Below are positions 40,370 through 49,358 of a stretch of 64,000 nucleotides of DNA, piece by piece (the first letter of the stretch is position 1; the number at the start of each line of letters is the position of its first letter). Source of the stretch: Candidatus Eiseniibacteriota bacterium (lineage in GTDB: Bacteria; Eisenbacteria; RBG-16-71-46); the NCBI GenBank assembly GCA_963744995.1, contig CAVUWA010000011.1, forward strand, positions 128,001-192,000, given 5' to 3'. The position numbers and the translations under genes were made by a program. The notes below the pieces were generated by a model. That model ran no database searches, was not told the origin of the DNA, and saw only the letters and a program-made list of their open reading frames with translations.

Positions 40370-41328
40370 TGCGAGGCCGAAACGCCGATGCGCGGACAGT
40401 GCGGCGCCAGCGTGCAGATCGAGCAGTGCGGCTTGCGCGCGTTGCAGACCCGGCGGCCGTGCAGGATCAGCCAGTGCGAGAACACCGTCCACTTGTCCTT
40501 CGGCACGATCGGCATCAGCGCGTGCTCGATCTTGACCGCGTCCTTCTCGTTGGTGAAGCCCAGCCGGTGGGCGAGCCGGGTGACGTGCGTGTCCACCACC
40601 AGGCCCGGGATGCCGAACGCGTTGCCGAGCACCACGTTCGCCGTCTTGCGCCCGACCCCGCGCAGTGCCGTCAGCGCCTCCATCGTGCGCGGCACCTCGC
40701 CGCCGTGCTTCGCGACGATGTCCGCACAGCACGCCCGGATCGACGTCGCTTTGTTCCGGTAGAAGCCGGTCGACCGGATGATCTCTTCGATCTCCGCCTG
40801 CGACGCTTCGGCGAGCGCCTTCGCATCGGGGAACTTCTCGAACAGCACCGGCGTCACCATGTTCACCCGGTCGTCGGTGCACTGCGCCGAGAGGATCGTG
40901 GCGATCAGCAGCTGGAGCGGCGAGCGGAACTCGAGTTCGGTCATCGCCTCCGGATAGAGCCCTTCGAGGATCGCGAGCACGTTCGCGACCCGCTGCGGAT
41001 CGGGCGGCGTGAACTTCCTGCGCCGTGCCGGGCGCTTGGCCGGCGGCTTCTTCGGCGCCGGACGTTTCGCCGCCTTCTTCGCGCCGGCCTTCTTCGCCGC
41101 CTTCTGCTTCGTACGCGCCGCGCGCTGCGCCTCGGCCTTGCGGCGCGCCGCCGAATCCGCCGGCTTCTCCTTACCCCGCGCCCCGCGCAGCTTGTGCGCG
41201 TCGGCCGAGCTCTTGCGGGCCGCCTTCTTGCGGCTCGACTTGCGCGGGCTCTTGCGCGCCCGGTGCGCGCCCGGCATGCGGGCGTCCGGGCGGGCTTTCT
41301 TGCGTGATCGTGGTGACTTGCGCGCCAT
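40366..41328 (-). CDS. nth: Endonuclease III with Lys/Arg/Ala-rich N-terminal extension
   Basis: ILSAQCTD, GFYRNKA, LRGVGRKTANV (HhH), VDTHV, C-x6-C-x2-C-x5-C Fe-S motif. Confidence 0.95.
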   Translation of the reverse strand: MARKSPRSRKKARPDARMPGAHRARKSPRKSSRKKAARKSSADAHKLRGARGKEKPADSAARRKAEAQRAARTKQKAAKKAGAKKAAKRPAPKKPPAKRPARRRKFTPPDPQRVANVLAILEGLYPEAMTELEFRSPLQLLIATILSAQCTDDRVNMVTPVLFEKFPDAKALAEASQAEIEEIIRSTGFYRNKATSIRACCADIVAKHGGEVPRTMEALTALRGVGRKTANVVLGNAFGIPGLVVDTHVTRLAHRLGFTNEKDAVKIEHALMPIVPKDKWTVFSHWLILHGRRVCNARKPHCSICTLAPHCPRIGVSASQ

Positions 41329-41387
41329 GACGCGCGAGGTTAGCGGAGGGATGAGGGCGGAACAAGGACGGGTGCGAGGGACGAGCG

Positions 41388-41984
41388 CTAGAGATACCCG
41401 CCGCGGGCGGGGGGAAGCGCCTGATATTCCGCATGTGACGTGACCATCCGCTGGATCAGCCCGACCAACTCACCGAGCCGCTTCCTTTGCTGAACCAGCT
41501 CCGGAACCGGCTCACCGGTCGTCCAGCGCAGGTCCTTGACGACATCGCCTACGCGGACTTCGAGGTGCAGGGACTCTTGCGGACTCATCTGCGTGCGAGG
41601 GTCGTTCCACAGAAACATGGGGTAGTCGAAGAAGCGGATCGCGATCACCTTGTTGTAGATCGTATCGAGTTCGGCCTCGGTCAGCCGCAGGGCAATTGTC
41701 GTGTCGGGGCCTATCACCATGTCCTTCGTGGCCACCCCGGCGAATGTGTCGATCTTCTCGCCCAGGCTTCGCTCGAGGACGAAGCCGAAGTTCTCGCGCG
41801 GGTACTTCGCGAAGTCCCCTTGACGCAGCGGCAGAGCCTCCGCTGCCCCCTCCCACCAAGGCGGCGCGATCTTGGCGGGCGCCCGACTGCAGCCTGCCAG
41901 GGCGATCGCGGCGATCATCGCCGCGACGACGAAACGGCTAGTAGTAGACGCCGCGCGCCGGCGGGAGCGCCTGATACTCAGCAT
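41388..41984 (-). CDS. Hypothetical lipoprotein, paralog B
   Basis: IALAGC lipobox; shares GEKIDTF, TKD, LTEAELDTIY, HAEYQALPPARG with the upstream gene; start 41984 or 41918. Confidence 0.7.
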   Translation of the reverse strand: MLSIRRSRRRAASTTSRFVVAAMIAAIALAGCSRAPAKIAPPWWEGAAEALPLRQGDFAKYPRENFGFVLERSLGEKIDTFAGVATKDMVIGPDTTIALRLTEAELDTIYNKVIAIRFFDYPMFLWNDPRTQMSPQESLHLEVRVGDVVKDLRWTTGEPVPELVQQRKRLGELVGLIQRMVTSHAEYQALPPARGGYL

Positions 41985-42519
41985 GGTCGTCGGTCACCTG
42001 TCGGATGAGGGTAATCAGTTGGAGGAGCCCCTCCCATTCTCTCTTCACGGAATTGTCGGGCGCGCCAGTCTTCCAATAGATCGTCCTGAGAGCGTGGCCG
42101 GCCCGAACCTTCAGGTACATGGTCATGCTTGGATGTCGGTCAATGCCGGGGTTCATGGGGATCACCTCAGGAAATTCGAACAGCCGAATAGCGATCATCT
42201 TTCGGTAGATGGTATCCAGTTCCGCTTCGGTCAACTCAAGGGCGATCGAAGTGTCCGGGTCGGTGACGAGATCCTTCGTCACCAGGCCTGAGAACGTGTC
42301 GATCTTCTCCCCGTGTCCCGTCTCGAAGACGAACCCGAAATCATCGCGCGGAAACCGATGCGCATCTTCCGCCCGGATCGGCAAGTTCACCGGTCCCATG
42401 TCGGACTCTGTTTCGACACACGCTCCCGAACCGAGGGACAGGAGGAATGCTACAAACCACGCAGCGGTTGGGCCGATCGCCTTTACACGATACCCGGCCA
42501 ACACCGCCGCGGATCTCAT
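41938..42519 (-). CDS. Hypothetical exported/lipoprotein, paralog A
   Basis: ATGA overlap with DUF1287 gene; hydrophobic N-terminus ending GAC; clear similarity to 41388..41984. Confidence 0.7.
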   Translation of the reverse strand: MRSAAVLAGYRVKAIGPTAAWFVAFLLSLGSGACVETESDMGPVNLPIRAEDAHRFPRDDFGFVFETGHGEKIDTFSGLVTKDLVTDPDTSIALELTEAELDTIYRKMIAIRLFEFPEVIPMNPGIDRHPSMTMYLKVRAGHALRTIYWKTGAPDNSVKREWEGLLQLITLIRQVTDDHAEYQALPPARGVYY

Positions 42520-43190
42520 CTGGTTCCCGCATCCACCGGCCAGCGGTAGTGCCCCGTCATCGGCCATTCGAACAGCACATCCTCGATCCGCGGACCCCAG
42601 GCGATGTTGTGCACGACCTTCCAGCGCGCGCCGTCGCGCGAGCGGACGTTCACGACGATGCCGATGTGCGGCAGGTCGCCCGGGAGCGTCCAGGTGACGA
42701 GATCCCCCGGCTGGTAGTCGTCTTCGCTGCGCGTCACGGGCAGGGACCCGCCGTGGCGCTCGAAGAACGCCTGCAGATTGGGCACGCGACGGTGGTCGAT
42801 GCTGGGGTCCGGCTTCGTGAGACCCCAGCGATCGGGGTAGGCGTCGAAGTGATGTTCCATGTCCTCGTGCACGAGCTTCTGCAGATCGATGCCGGCGGCG
42901 CGGTAGGCGCGGATCACGACGTCCGTGCAGACGCCGAGTGAATCCGGAACGTCGCCGTCCGGATAGCCGATCTTCCGGTACGAGCGGTCGTAGCGCACGC
43001 GGTGCGTCGTGCGCTCGAGCGCGGCGCGCACGACCCGCGCGCGGATCGAGTCGGGCGGCGCGTCGGCTCGGGCCGGGGCAGGCCCCGCCAGGACGGCCAG
43101 GGCGAGCGCGAGGCCCGGGAGCGCGGCCCACGCCGGCGGGCGGGCGGAACGGCCCGGGCCGCCCCCGCCGCGCCGACGACTACTTCGCAT
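42516..43190 (-). CDS. DUF1287 (YijF-like) exported protein
   Basis: YPDGDVP, GVCTDVVIRAYR, DLQKLVHEDM, IDHRRVPNL, PHIGIV, HNI. Confidence 0.9.
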   Translation of the reverse strand: MRSSRRRGGGGPGRSARPPAWAALPGLALALAVLAGPAPARADAPPDSIRARVVRAALERTTHRVRYDRSYRKIGYPDGDVPDSLGVCTDVVIRAYRAAGIDLQKLVHEDMEHHFDAYPDRWGLTKPDPSIDHRRVPNLQAFFERHGGSLPVTRSEDDYQPGDLVTWTLPGDLPHIGIVVNVRSRDGARWKVVHNIAWGPRIEDVLFEWPMTGHYRWPVDAGTR

Positions 43191-43563
43191 CTTCGATGAT
43201 CGCGATCGCCGTGGCCTCCACGTCGGCCGCGACCGTGCCGAGGTCCGCCGAGCGGGTCAGCATGTTCAGCATCGCCTGCGGCGCGATCATGCCCAGCTTC
43301 GTCACCCCGCCCTCTTCGTACACGCTGATCCGGCACGGCAGGGCCAGGTTGAGGCTCATGTCCTTCTTCAGCACCTCGCTTGCGATCTGCGGATTGCAGA
43401 TCTCGAAGATCCGGCACTCGTGCGGGAACTCGACGCCCTTGGCCTGCAGCGTCGCGCGCAGGTCGTGCACGTGCAGGACACCGAACTGGTGCTGCGTCAC
43501 CGACTTCTCCAGATCCGCGGCGGCCTGATCGATGCTCTTCTTCGACTCGACGACGTATTTCAT
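43180..43563 (-). CDS. DUF302 domain protein
   Basis: FGVLHVHDL, IFEICNP, LPCRISVYE; AGGAG RBS. Confidence 0.88.
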   Translation of the reverse strand: MKYVVESKKSIDQAAADLEKSVTQHQFGVLHVHDLRATLQAKGVEFPHECRIFEICNPQIASEVLKKDMSLNLALPCRISVYEEGGVTKLGMIAPQAMLNMLTRSADLGTVAADVEATAIAIIEDAK

Positions 43564-43597
43564 GGCCACTCCTCACGGGCGCCACGGAGAACGGCAA

Positions 43598-43634
43598 CGC
43601 CCCTTCGCTGCAAACTAATCACAGCGAAGGGGCG
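43598..43634. repeat. Perfect 13-bp inverted repeat (terminator or operator)
   Basis: CGCCCCTTCGCTG-N11-CAGCGAAGGGGCG. Confidence 0.7.
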
Positions 43635-43719
43635 TGTTTCCAACGGGCATTGCGGGATTCACCCTTCGTTGACGTGCACGGCCGGTCGCGGGGCGGGCGG
43701 CGCGACCGCGCCGGTCCGC

Positions 43720-44613
43720 CTAGAAGAACCCCCAGCTCAGGCCGAAGCGCATGCCCACGCCGTCCATGCTCACGCTCTCGCGCACGTCCTGGCCGCTGAG
43801 CGCGTCCACGGTATCGCGGTGCAACTCGGACCCGTTCACGAACACCTCGGCGTTCAGCCGCGAGCGCGGGCCGATCGGGTAGGCGATGCCGCCCCAGCCC
43901 TGCCAGCCCCAGCCGCCGAACGTGGCGTCGAACGAATCGCCGGGCACGTTGTAGACATCGCCGCTGATGCCGAGCCACTGATAGCCGCCGGCGATGCCGA
44001 AGTAGGGGATCACCGTCATGTCGCTGCCGGCATTGAGCTCCGCGAACATCTGGAGCGGCACCCAGTCCGAGGTCGAGCTCGACAGCTCTCGCCGGATGTC
44101 GATCTGCTCGCCGCCCGGGCCGGTGCCGGTGCCGATGAGCTCGGTGTAGCGCTGCGTGCGGTGCCGCCAGTCGAGGCCGACTCCCAGTTGCAGATGTTCG
44201 TCGACCTTCGGCCCCATGCGGAACCCGAACAGCAGGCCGCGCTCGGGATCGCCGTCGGGATCGAAGAAGCCGGCGTGGATCATCGTCGAGCCGCCGTACG
44301 ACGCCGCACGCGACGGCGACGAGCGCCGCGGCCGGTAGCGGATGGACTCGAGGCGGGTGCCCTCCTCACCGATGCGGATCGCGGGACGGTCGCGGCGCGG
44401 GCGGTACTTGAGCGAAACCAGCGACAGGTCGCTGGCGCGGCCTTCGGTCGCGGTTTCGACGCCGGCCTCGAGCGGCCCGGCCGTTTCGACGTCCACGGCC
44501 ATGAACTGCTGCGCCGCGGCGGCCGCGTCGGGGGCCTGTGCGAGCGCAGGTGCGGCCAGCGCCGCGAGCGCGACGGCGCTCAGGGCGAGACTCATCTGGA
44601 TCGGGCGTTTCAT
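43720..44613 (-). CDS. Outer-membrane beta-barrel protein with N-terminal KYRPRR/RYRPRR repeated linker
   Basis: Signal peptide, IPYFGIAGGY, C-terminal FGLSWGFF; GGAGGAG RBS. Confidence 0.72.
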   Translation of the reverse strand: MKRPIQMSLALSAVALAALAAPALAQAPDAAAAAQQFMAVDVETAGPLEAGVETATEGRASDLSLVSLKYRPRRDRPAIRIGEEGTRLESIRYRPRRSSPSRAASYGGSTMIHAGFFDPDGDPERGLLFGFRMGPKVDEHLQLGVGLDWRHRTQRYTELIGTGTGPGGEQIDIRRELSSSTSDWVPLQMFAELNAGSDMTVIPYFGIAGGYQWLGISGDVYNVPGDSFDATFGGWGWQGWGGIAYPIGPRSRLNAEVFVNGSELHRDTVDALSGQDVRESVSMDGVGMRFGLSWGFF

Positions 44614-44670
44614 GGTGTCTCCTCCGATACGCAGGCCGGCCGGTCGGCCGGCTCCTTGCTTTCGATGCAT

Positions 44671-44686
44671 CGCACGCGGCGTGCCG
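44671..44686 (-). promoter_or_regulatory. Sigma54-type -24/-12 promoter candidate (CGGCACG-CCGC-GTGCG)
   Basis: GG-N10-GC spacing about 57 nt upstream of the start codon. Confidence 0.45.
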
Positions 44687-44838
44687 AAACCCATTCTGCA
44701 CCCTGAACGCCGCAACCCCGCCACTTCCAGCGGGGTTCGGCTCGCAACCGCTTGTGGCGTAGCGGCTTCTGCGACGCAGACTGTTGCGACTCCGCCGCAC
44801 ACCGTGCTAGCGTGCGGCGCCTTCCGGGAAAGGTGGTC

Positions 44839-45657
44839 ATGCAGACGCTCCTGATGCTGACAGTGCTGACGCTCGCGGCGCCGCCCGGGCCCGGCCCCAC
44901 GCTCGCCGTCGAAGACACGATGCGCACCTCGGTGCCCGAGGTGCTCGTCACCGCGCCGCGCGTCACCCTGGACGAAATCCTCGACCGGGTCGCCCGCGGT
45001 GAGGCGCGCCGCGACTCGCTCATTCACGACGAGGTGTTCACGTTCACCCTGCGCGTCATGGGCCGGATCGCCAGCACGAAGGAACCGCGCCTGCTGGTCG
45101 AGCAGGTGAGCCGCGTCTACCGCAGGCGCCCCGATCTCGTGCGCTCCGTCACGTTGCGCGACTACCGCTACAAGGAAAAGAAGAAGGCGGCGGTGCAGGC
45201 CGAGTTCTCGTCGAACATGAGCGAAGAGGTCGTGAACTTCGCGTTCCGCCCCGAGGCGCGCCGCGACTACAGGTACTCGATCGCGGATCGGAAGATCGTC
45301 GGCTACCACGTGATCTACGAAATCGAGTTCGAGCCGCGCTCGAAGCTCGCCTTCGACAAACCGCGCGGCCACGTCTGGGTGGACACCAACGACTTCGTGA
45401 TCGTGCGCGAGGAGCTGCAGTTCGACCGCTCGCCCGCACCGCTGATCCTCAAGGGCATCGACCGCATGGTCGTCGAGCGCGGGCAGGTGGACGGCTTCTG
45501 GGTGCTGAAGCGCGTGCTGATGCGCCTGCACATGACCGTGCCCATGCCGACCGTCGGGCGCGGATTCGATCTGGCGCTGATGTACGACGACTACGCGCTG
45601 AACCAGGGCATCGACGACCGTGTCTTCGAAAACCAGACCACGATGGAGGCGCGATGA
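44839..45657 (+). CDS. Exported protein resembling the N-terminal soluble part of DUF5686 proteins
   Basis: EVLVTA, YRYSI...IYEIEFEPR...GHVWVDTNDFVIVREE...YDDYALNQGIDDRVF. Confidence 0.55.
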   Translation: MQTLLMLTVLTLAAPPGPGPTLAVEDTMRTSVPEVLVTAPRVTLDEILDRVARGEARRDSLIHDEVFTFTLRVMGRIASTKEPRLLVEQVSRVYRRRPDLVRSVTLRDYRYKEKKKAAVQAEFSSNMSEEVVNFAFRPEARRDYRYSIADRKIVGYHVIYEIEFEPRSKLAFDKPRGHVWVDTNDFVIVREELQFDRSPAPLILKGIDRMVVERGQVDGFWVLKRVLMRLHMTVPMPTVGRGFDLALMYDDYALNQGIDDRVFENQTTMEAR

Positions 45658-47036
45658 GGCTGTCCATGTTCGGCGTTCGTGACGCTCGCCATGCCACGGC
45701 CGCCGTGCGGGGCCTCGCGGCGGCGCTGCTCGTGCCCGCCATGATCGCGTGGCACGCCCCGCCGGCCGCCGCCGCGCCCGCGCCCGCCGACACTTCGCTG
45801 CGCGAGTACCTGGGCGAGCTGCGCGACTCCACCGACACGTACTTCGGCCGCTCGGCCGCGCCGCTCGACACCACGGGGCTCGACAGCGCGCTGGTCTGGG
45901 GGCTTGCGCATCCGGAGGCGCCGCGGGGCCGCCAGTCGACGCTGACGCTGCTGCCGACGTTCCGCTTCAACCGCGCCGACGGCCCGGTGTACGGCGGAAC
46001 GCTGGGTATCGGCCGTCCCGAGCATGAAGGCCGGTTGACCGGCCGCATGTCGTGGGCCGTCGGTCCGCGCGACCTGCTCGGCGGCGCGGCGTACACCAGG
46101 AGCCTCATCCGCGGCCCGGCAGCGTGGCGCTTCACGGCCTCGGGCGGGCGCCGCACGGGGATCATCGATCGCGAGCGCAGCGACAAGACGTTCGCCGCCT
46201 TCATCGCGCTCACCACGGGCTCGGATTCACGGCACTACATGCGCGAGGACGGCTTCACGCTCTCGCTCGAGCGCGAGACCCCGGTATGGCGCGGACGCGT
46301 CGGCTACGCCGACGAGTTGCAGTCGCCGCTCGCGACCACGACGACGTGGAGCCTGTGGGGCGGGCGCGCCGATCCGCGTGTGAACCTGCCGGCCGCCTTC
46401 GGCCGCAACCGCGAGCTGCACTACGAACTCGGCGTGCAGCTGCCGGTCGTGCCGGTGTTCGCGCAGGCCAGCTACGCGACGTCGAGCCCGAGGATCGGCA
46501 GCGACTTCGACTACCGGCGCATGCGCGTCGCCGCTTCCGGCGACTGGGCGCTCGGCGACGCGTTCTCGATCGTGCCGCAGGCCGCCTACGGGCGGCTCAC
46601 CGGCGACGCCGTACCGCAGGCGTCGTTCTTCCTCGGCGGCAACCGCTCGCTGCGCAGCATTCGGGGCTCGTCGCGCGCCGGCACCGGACTTGCGCTCGGC
46701 CGCATCGACCTGATCGGCCACGACGACGTGCTGGCGCTCATGCACCTGCCGCATCCCGACGCGTTCCCGGTCGAGGTCGGCGCGTTCGCGGCGAGCGGGG
46801 TGGTGTGGGGCGTCGATCCGTTCGGCGGCCCGACCCTCGACGGCACCGACTGGCCGCGCAAGCAGGACTGGCTGCACGAGGTCGGCGTGCAGATCCTCTA
46901 CCGCCCCGGCTTCCCCGAGACCGACGGCTACCTGCGCGTGAGCTACGCGTGGCCGCTCGGCCCCACCGATCGCAGCGGGCGCTGGATGTTCACCTACTCG
47001 CGCGCGCTCGACCTGGTGGATCGGATCGCACGGTAG
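45654..47036 (+). CDS. Outer-membrane beta-barrel (DUF5686 C-terminal/Omp85-barrel-like)
   Basis: Signal peptide, FNRADG, amphipathic strands, FFLGGNRSLRS loop; ATGA-coupled. Confidence 0.6.
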   Translation: MRLSMFGVRDARHATAAVRGLAAALLVPAMIAWHAPPAAAAPAPADTSLREYLGELRDSTDTYFGRSAAPLDTTGLDSALVWGLAHPEAPRGRQSTLTLLPTFRFNRADGPVYGGTLGIGRPEHEGRLTGRMSWAVGPRDLLGGAAYTRSLIRGPAAWRFTASGGRRTGIIDRERSDKTFAAFIALTTGSDSRHYMREDGFTLSLERETPVWRGRVGYADELQSPLATTTTWSLWGGRADPRVNLPAAFGRNRELHYELGVQLPVVPVFAQASYATSSPRIGSDFDYRRMRVAASGDWALGDAFSIVPQAAYGRLTGDAVPQASFFLGGNRSLRSIRGSSRAGTGLALGRIDLIGHDDVLALMHLPHPDAFPVEVGAFAASGVVWGVDPFGGPTLDGTDWPRKQDWLHEVGVQILYRPGFPETDGYLRVSYAWPLGPTDRSGRWMFTYSRALDLVDRIAR

Positions 47037-47370
47037 GGCGGGCGGGGTCGGGCGGCCGCGCGGCCCCAGCGTGACCGTGGCCCCGCTCGAGCGAGTTCGG
47101 CGCCTCTGCTCGTGAGGGCCGAGCAGGGTGAGCTGCGCGCCCGGCCCGGTGGCCCGGCATCCGCATCCCCGCGGGGTCCGGCGGGTTCGACCTCGAGCGC
47201 GGCTGCTATGAGGGCGACGTGCTCGTCGCGGACGCATGGCCCGCCGCCGACGCGAGCGAGCCGCCCCTCGCGCTGGCCGTTCCCGCGCCCCAGGCGGCGC
47301 CGGCGCGGTGACGGCCGCCCGCGGTCCCGGAGCGCGCTGCGGAGCCGGGCGCTCGCAGGGAACGCGGCGA

Positions 47371-47619
47371 TCAAGAAGCGGGGCGTTGCGCCCGATAGCC
47401 GGGAAAAACGGGGGCGCACGCCTCCACCGCCCCGGAACCGCGCATGTTCGCTACAGCCCACCGTTCACCAGCCAGCACCAGAAGGGCAACAACAACATAT
47501 GCAACACTTAAAGCGAGCAACATTGCACGGGGATCACTGTACCGCCCAAGAACAAGGCAGGTGAAAGCACATACCATTATTACACTCCATAGGACGTTTA
47601 TAATCAGCGCTATCCTCAT
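47371..47619 (-). CDS. Cassette ORF: small two-TM membrane protein (3' end probably truncated/read-through)
   Basis: ATG 7 nt after the attC R' box; AT-rich codons; two hydrophobic helices; composition switches back near 47445. Confidence 0.55.
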   Translation of the reverse strand: MRIALIINVLWSVIMVCAFTCLVLGRYSDPRAMLLALSVAYVVVALLVLAGERWAVANMRGSGAVEACAPVFPGYRAQRPAS

Positions 47620-47626
47620 CGATTAC

Positions 47627-47690
47627 ACATAACGTCTTGCCGACAGGCTGTGCGCTGAACGTGGCCGTCAGCTTCATCCGCTTGTTAGAC
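47627..47690 (-). mobile_element. attC site A (64 bp)
   Basis: GTCTAAC...GTTATGT; TAA of the methyltransferase lies inside R''; L boxes partly degenerate. Confidence 0.8.
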
Positions 47691-48494
47691 GGCGCCAGCC
47701 ACGCCGGTGACGATGTGCGCGGGCGAGTTGAAGACGACGGCACCGTCTTCAGTAACGTATTTCGCAAGGGCGCTCTCAGCCTCCTTCAGGATGTTCTGGA
47801 TTTGCTCCTCCGTCAGCAGGACTCCCATGACGGGCAACCAACCCCTGAGGTCGGCTTCAACCATCGTCCTGATGTTGGGGAACCGGGCTGTTCCGTTGTG
47901 AGTCGCGACCCTCACAGATCCGACCCCTGACTCCTCAAACAGGCCGATCAACGCGTCTCTGTCCCCAAGCACAAAAGGGGCCCGCAACGCGTTGGCTGCC
48001 GCCTCGCCCGCCAGACGTTCGAGCAACTCGACCTCAACCGGATAGGCTTCAGAGTTCTCCAAGCTGTCCCAGACTGCGAGCGTCAATCCTCCGCCCGGCT
48101 TTAGCACGCGGCTCATCTCCCTGAGTGCAAGCGAGCGATTGGTGAAGAACATCAAGCCGAACTGACACACAACGGCGTCGAACGACCGGTCGGGATACGG
48201 AAGTGACTCTGCCGTACCCTCCTTCCACTCGATGCGCGGCGCCAACTCCTTCGCGACGGTCAACATGCCGCGCCCCGGATCAACTCCTGCCACGCGGCCC
48301 GAGGCCCCCACCCGACCTGCCGCCTCTCTAGCCAACACGCCGGTGCCGCACGCAACATCCAGCACTTGATATCCAGGGCCAACGCCAGCGGCATCAAGCA
48401 CCCGAGAACACCATTGCTCAAACAGCGCGGGCACATGTAGATCTTCGTATGCTCGTGCCCCTGCGACCTGATCATCAAGCCTCGGCTCCTGCAC
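47685..48494 (-). CDS. Cassette ORF: class I SAM-dependent methyltransferase
   Basis: VLDVACGTG, AESLPYPDRSFDAVVCQFGLMFF, RVLKPGG; GGAGG RBS before GTG. Confidence 0.9.
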   Translation of the reverse strand: MQEPRLDDQVAGARAYEDLHVPALFEQWCSRVLDAAGVGPGYQVLDVACGTGVLAREAAGRVGASGRVAGVDPGRGMLTVAKELAPRIEWKEGTAESLPYPDRSFDAVVCQFGLMFFTNRSLALREMSRVLKPGGGLTLAVWDSLENSEAYPVEVELLERLAGEAAANALRAPFVLGDRDALIGLFEESGVGSVRVATHNGTARFPNIRTMVEADLRGWLPVMGVLLTEEQIQNILKEAESALAKYVTEDGAVVFNSPAHIVTGVAGAV

Positions 48495-48515
48495 TGTGGT
48501 CTATCCTCCCCGTGC

Positions 48516-48577
48516 GTCCAACGTCGTCGGTATCGGCGCCGGCGCGCAGCGCCGTCCGCTGCATGCTGTTGCTAGAC
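48516..48577 (-). mobile_element. attC site B (62 bp)
   Basis: GTCTAGC-aacagcATGCAGCGGACGGCGCTGCGCGCCG...GTTGGAC. Confidence 0.78.
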
Positions 48578-48621
48578 GGCATGGTCGGCGGCACCTCTAG
48601 CCAGCGGTCGTTCCTGGGACG

Positions 48622-49109
48622 TCAGAACATCGTGTTGTCATTGGCGGATTGCGCGGGTACGGGTTGCACGACATCCCAATGCTCGACGATGCGGCAGTTT
48701 TCGACTCGAAAGATATCAACCACCGCAAACCCAAGATCCTCTGGCGTTGCTTGGCTACGATAATGAACAGTGACCAAGTCGTCGGACGCGACTATGCGAT
48801 GGATGGTGAAAATCCGGTTCGGATACCGTTGAAAGAGATTCTCGAGGAAACCGATGATGGAATCGCGGCCGTCGGGAAGAGCGGTCTTATGTTGTACATA
48901 GTCGGAGGCCACCCAGCCTTCGAAGGCTTGTCGGACTTCTTTCTTCCGGTAGAGGGAATCGATGATTGGTCGACAACTTCACGGGCCGACAGCGTGCAGA
49001 CTTTCTGAGATGGTGTCGCTGATGGAGTTTCAGCTGCCCATGCGGGAACAGCCAATAGTGCCGCCACGGACATGTGACAGAGGACCATGCGCTTGAGAGT
49101 GGTTCCCAT
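48622..49109 (-). pseudogene. Cassette ORF: exported SnoaL/NTF2-like protein with a 1-nt deletion frameshift near 48965
   Basis: Signal peptide in one frame; IDSLYRKKEVRQAFEGWVASDYVQH...VVDIFRVENCRIVEHWDV in another; restoring one T joins them. Confidence 0.8.
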
Positions 49110-49222
49110 TGACGCCCTCCTGGAGCTGGCAGACCTTATCGACGACCTCACACATCACGATACACATGGCGATGCGCCTCACCTCGCGAGTGCCTCGCCA
49201 GGCGCTGCGGCGTGGGTATGCC

Positions 49223-49358
49223 GTCTGACGTCCGGGGATCAGCGGCGGCCGGTGCTCAAAGAAGATGCGAGCGCGAAGAGCGGCTGGCCCGCGCCGAATG
49301 GCGAGCCCACTGGCGCAAGTCAGCTTCGCCGGCTGTCCGCTGCATCCCCTCGTTCGGC
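49223..49358 (-). mobile_element. attC site C (136 bp)
   Basis: GCCGAAC-gaGGGGATGCAGCGG...CCGCTGATCCCC-ggac-GTCAGAC; extrahelical G; R' has GTC instead of GTT. Confidence 0.82.

Noticed and set aside
41330..42520. Lower-GC lipoprotein pair as additional gene cassettes
   Set aside because: No attC-like R/L boxes; genes overlap their neighbours directly
47037..47440. ORFs in the GC-rich gap before the cassette array
   Set aside because: Low-complexity translations with no RBS or motif; treated as non-coding or degraded DNA
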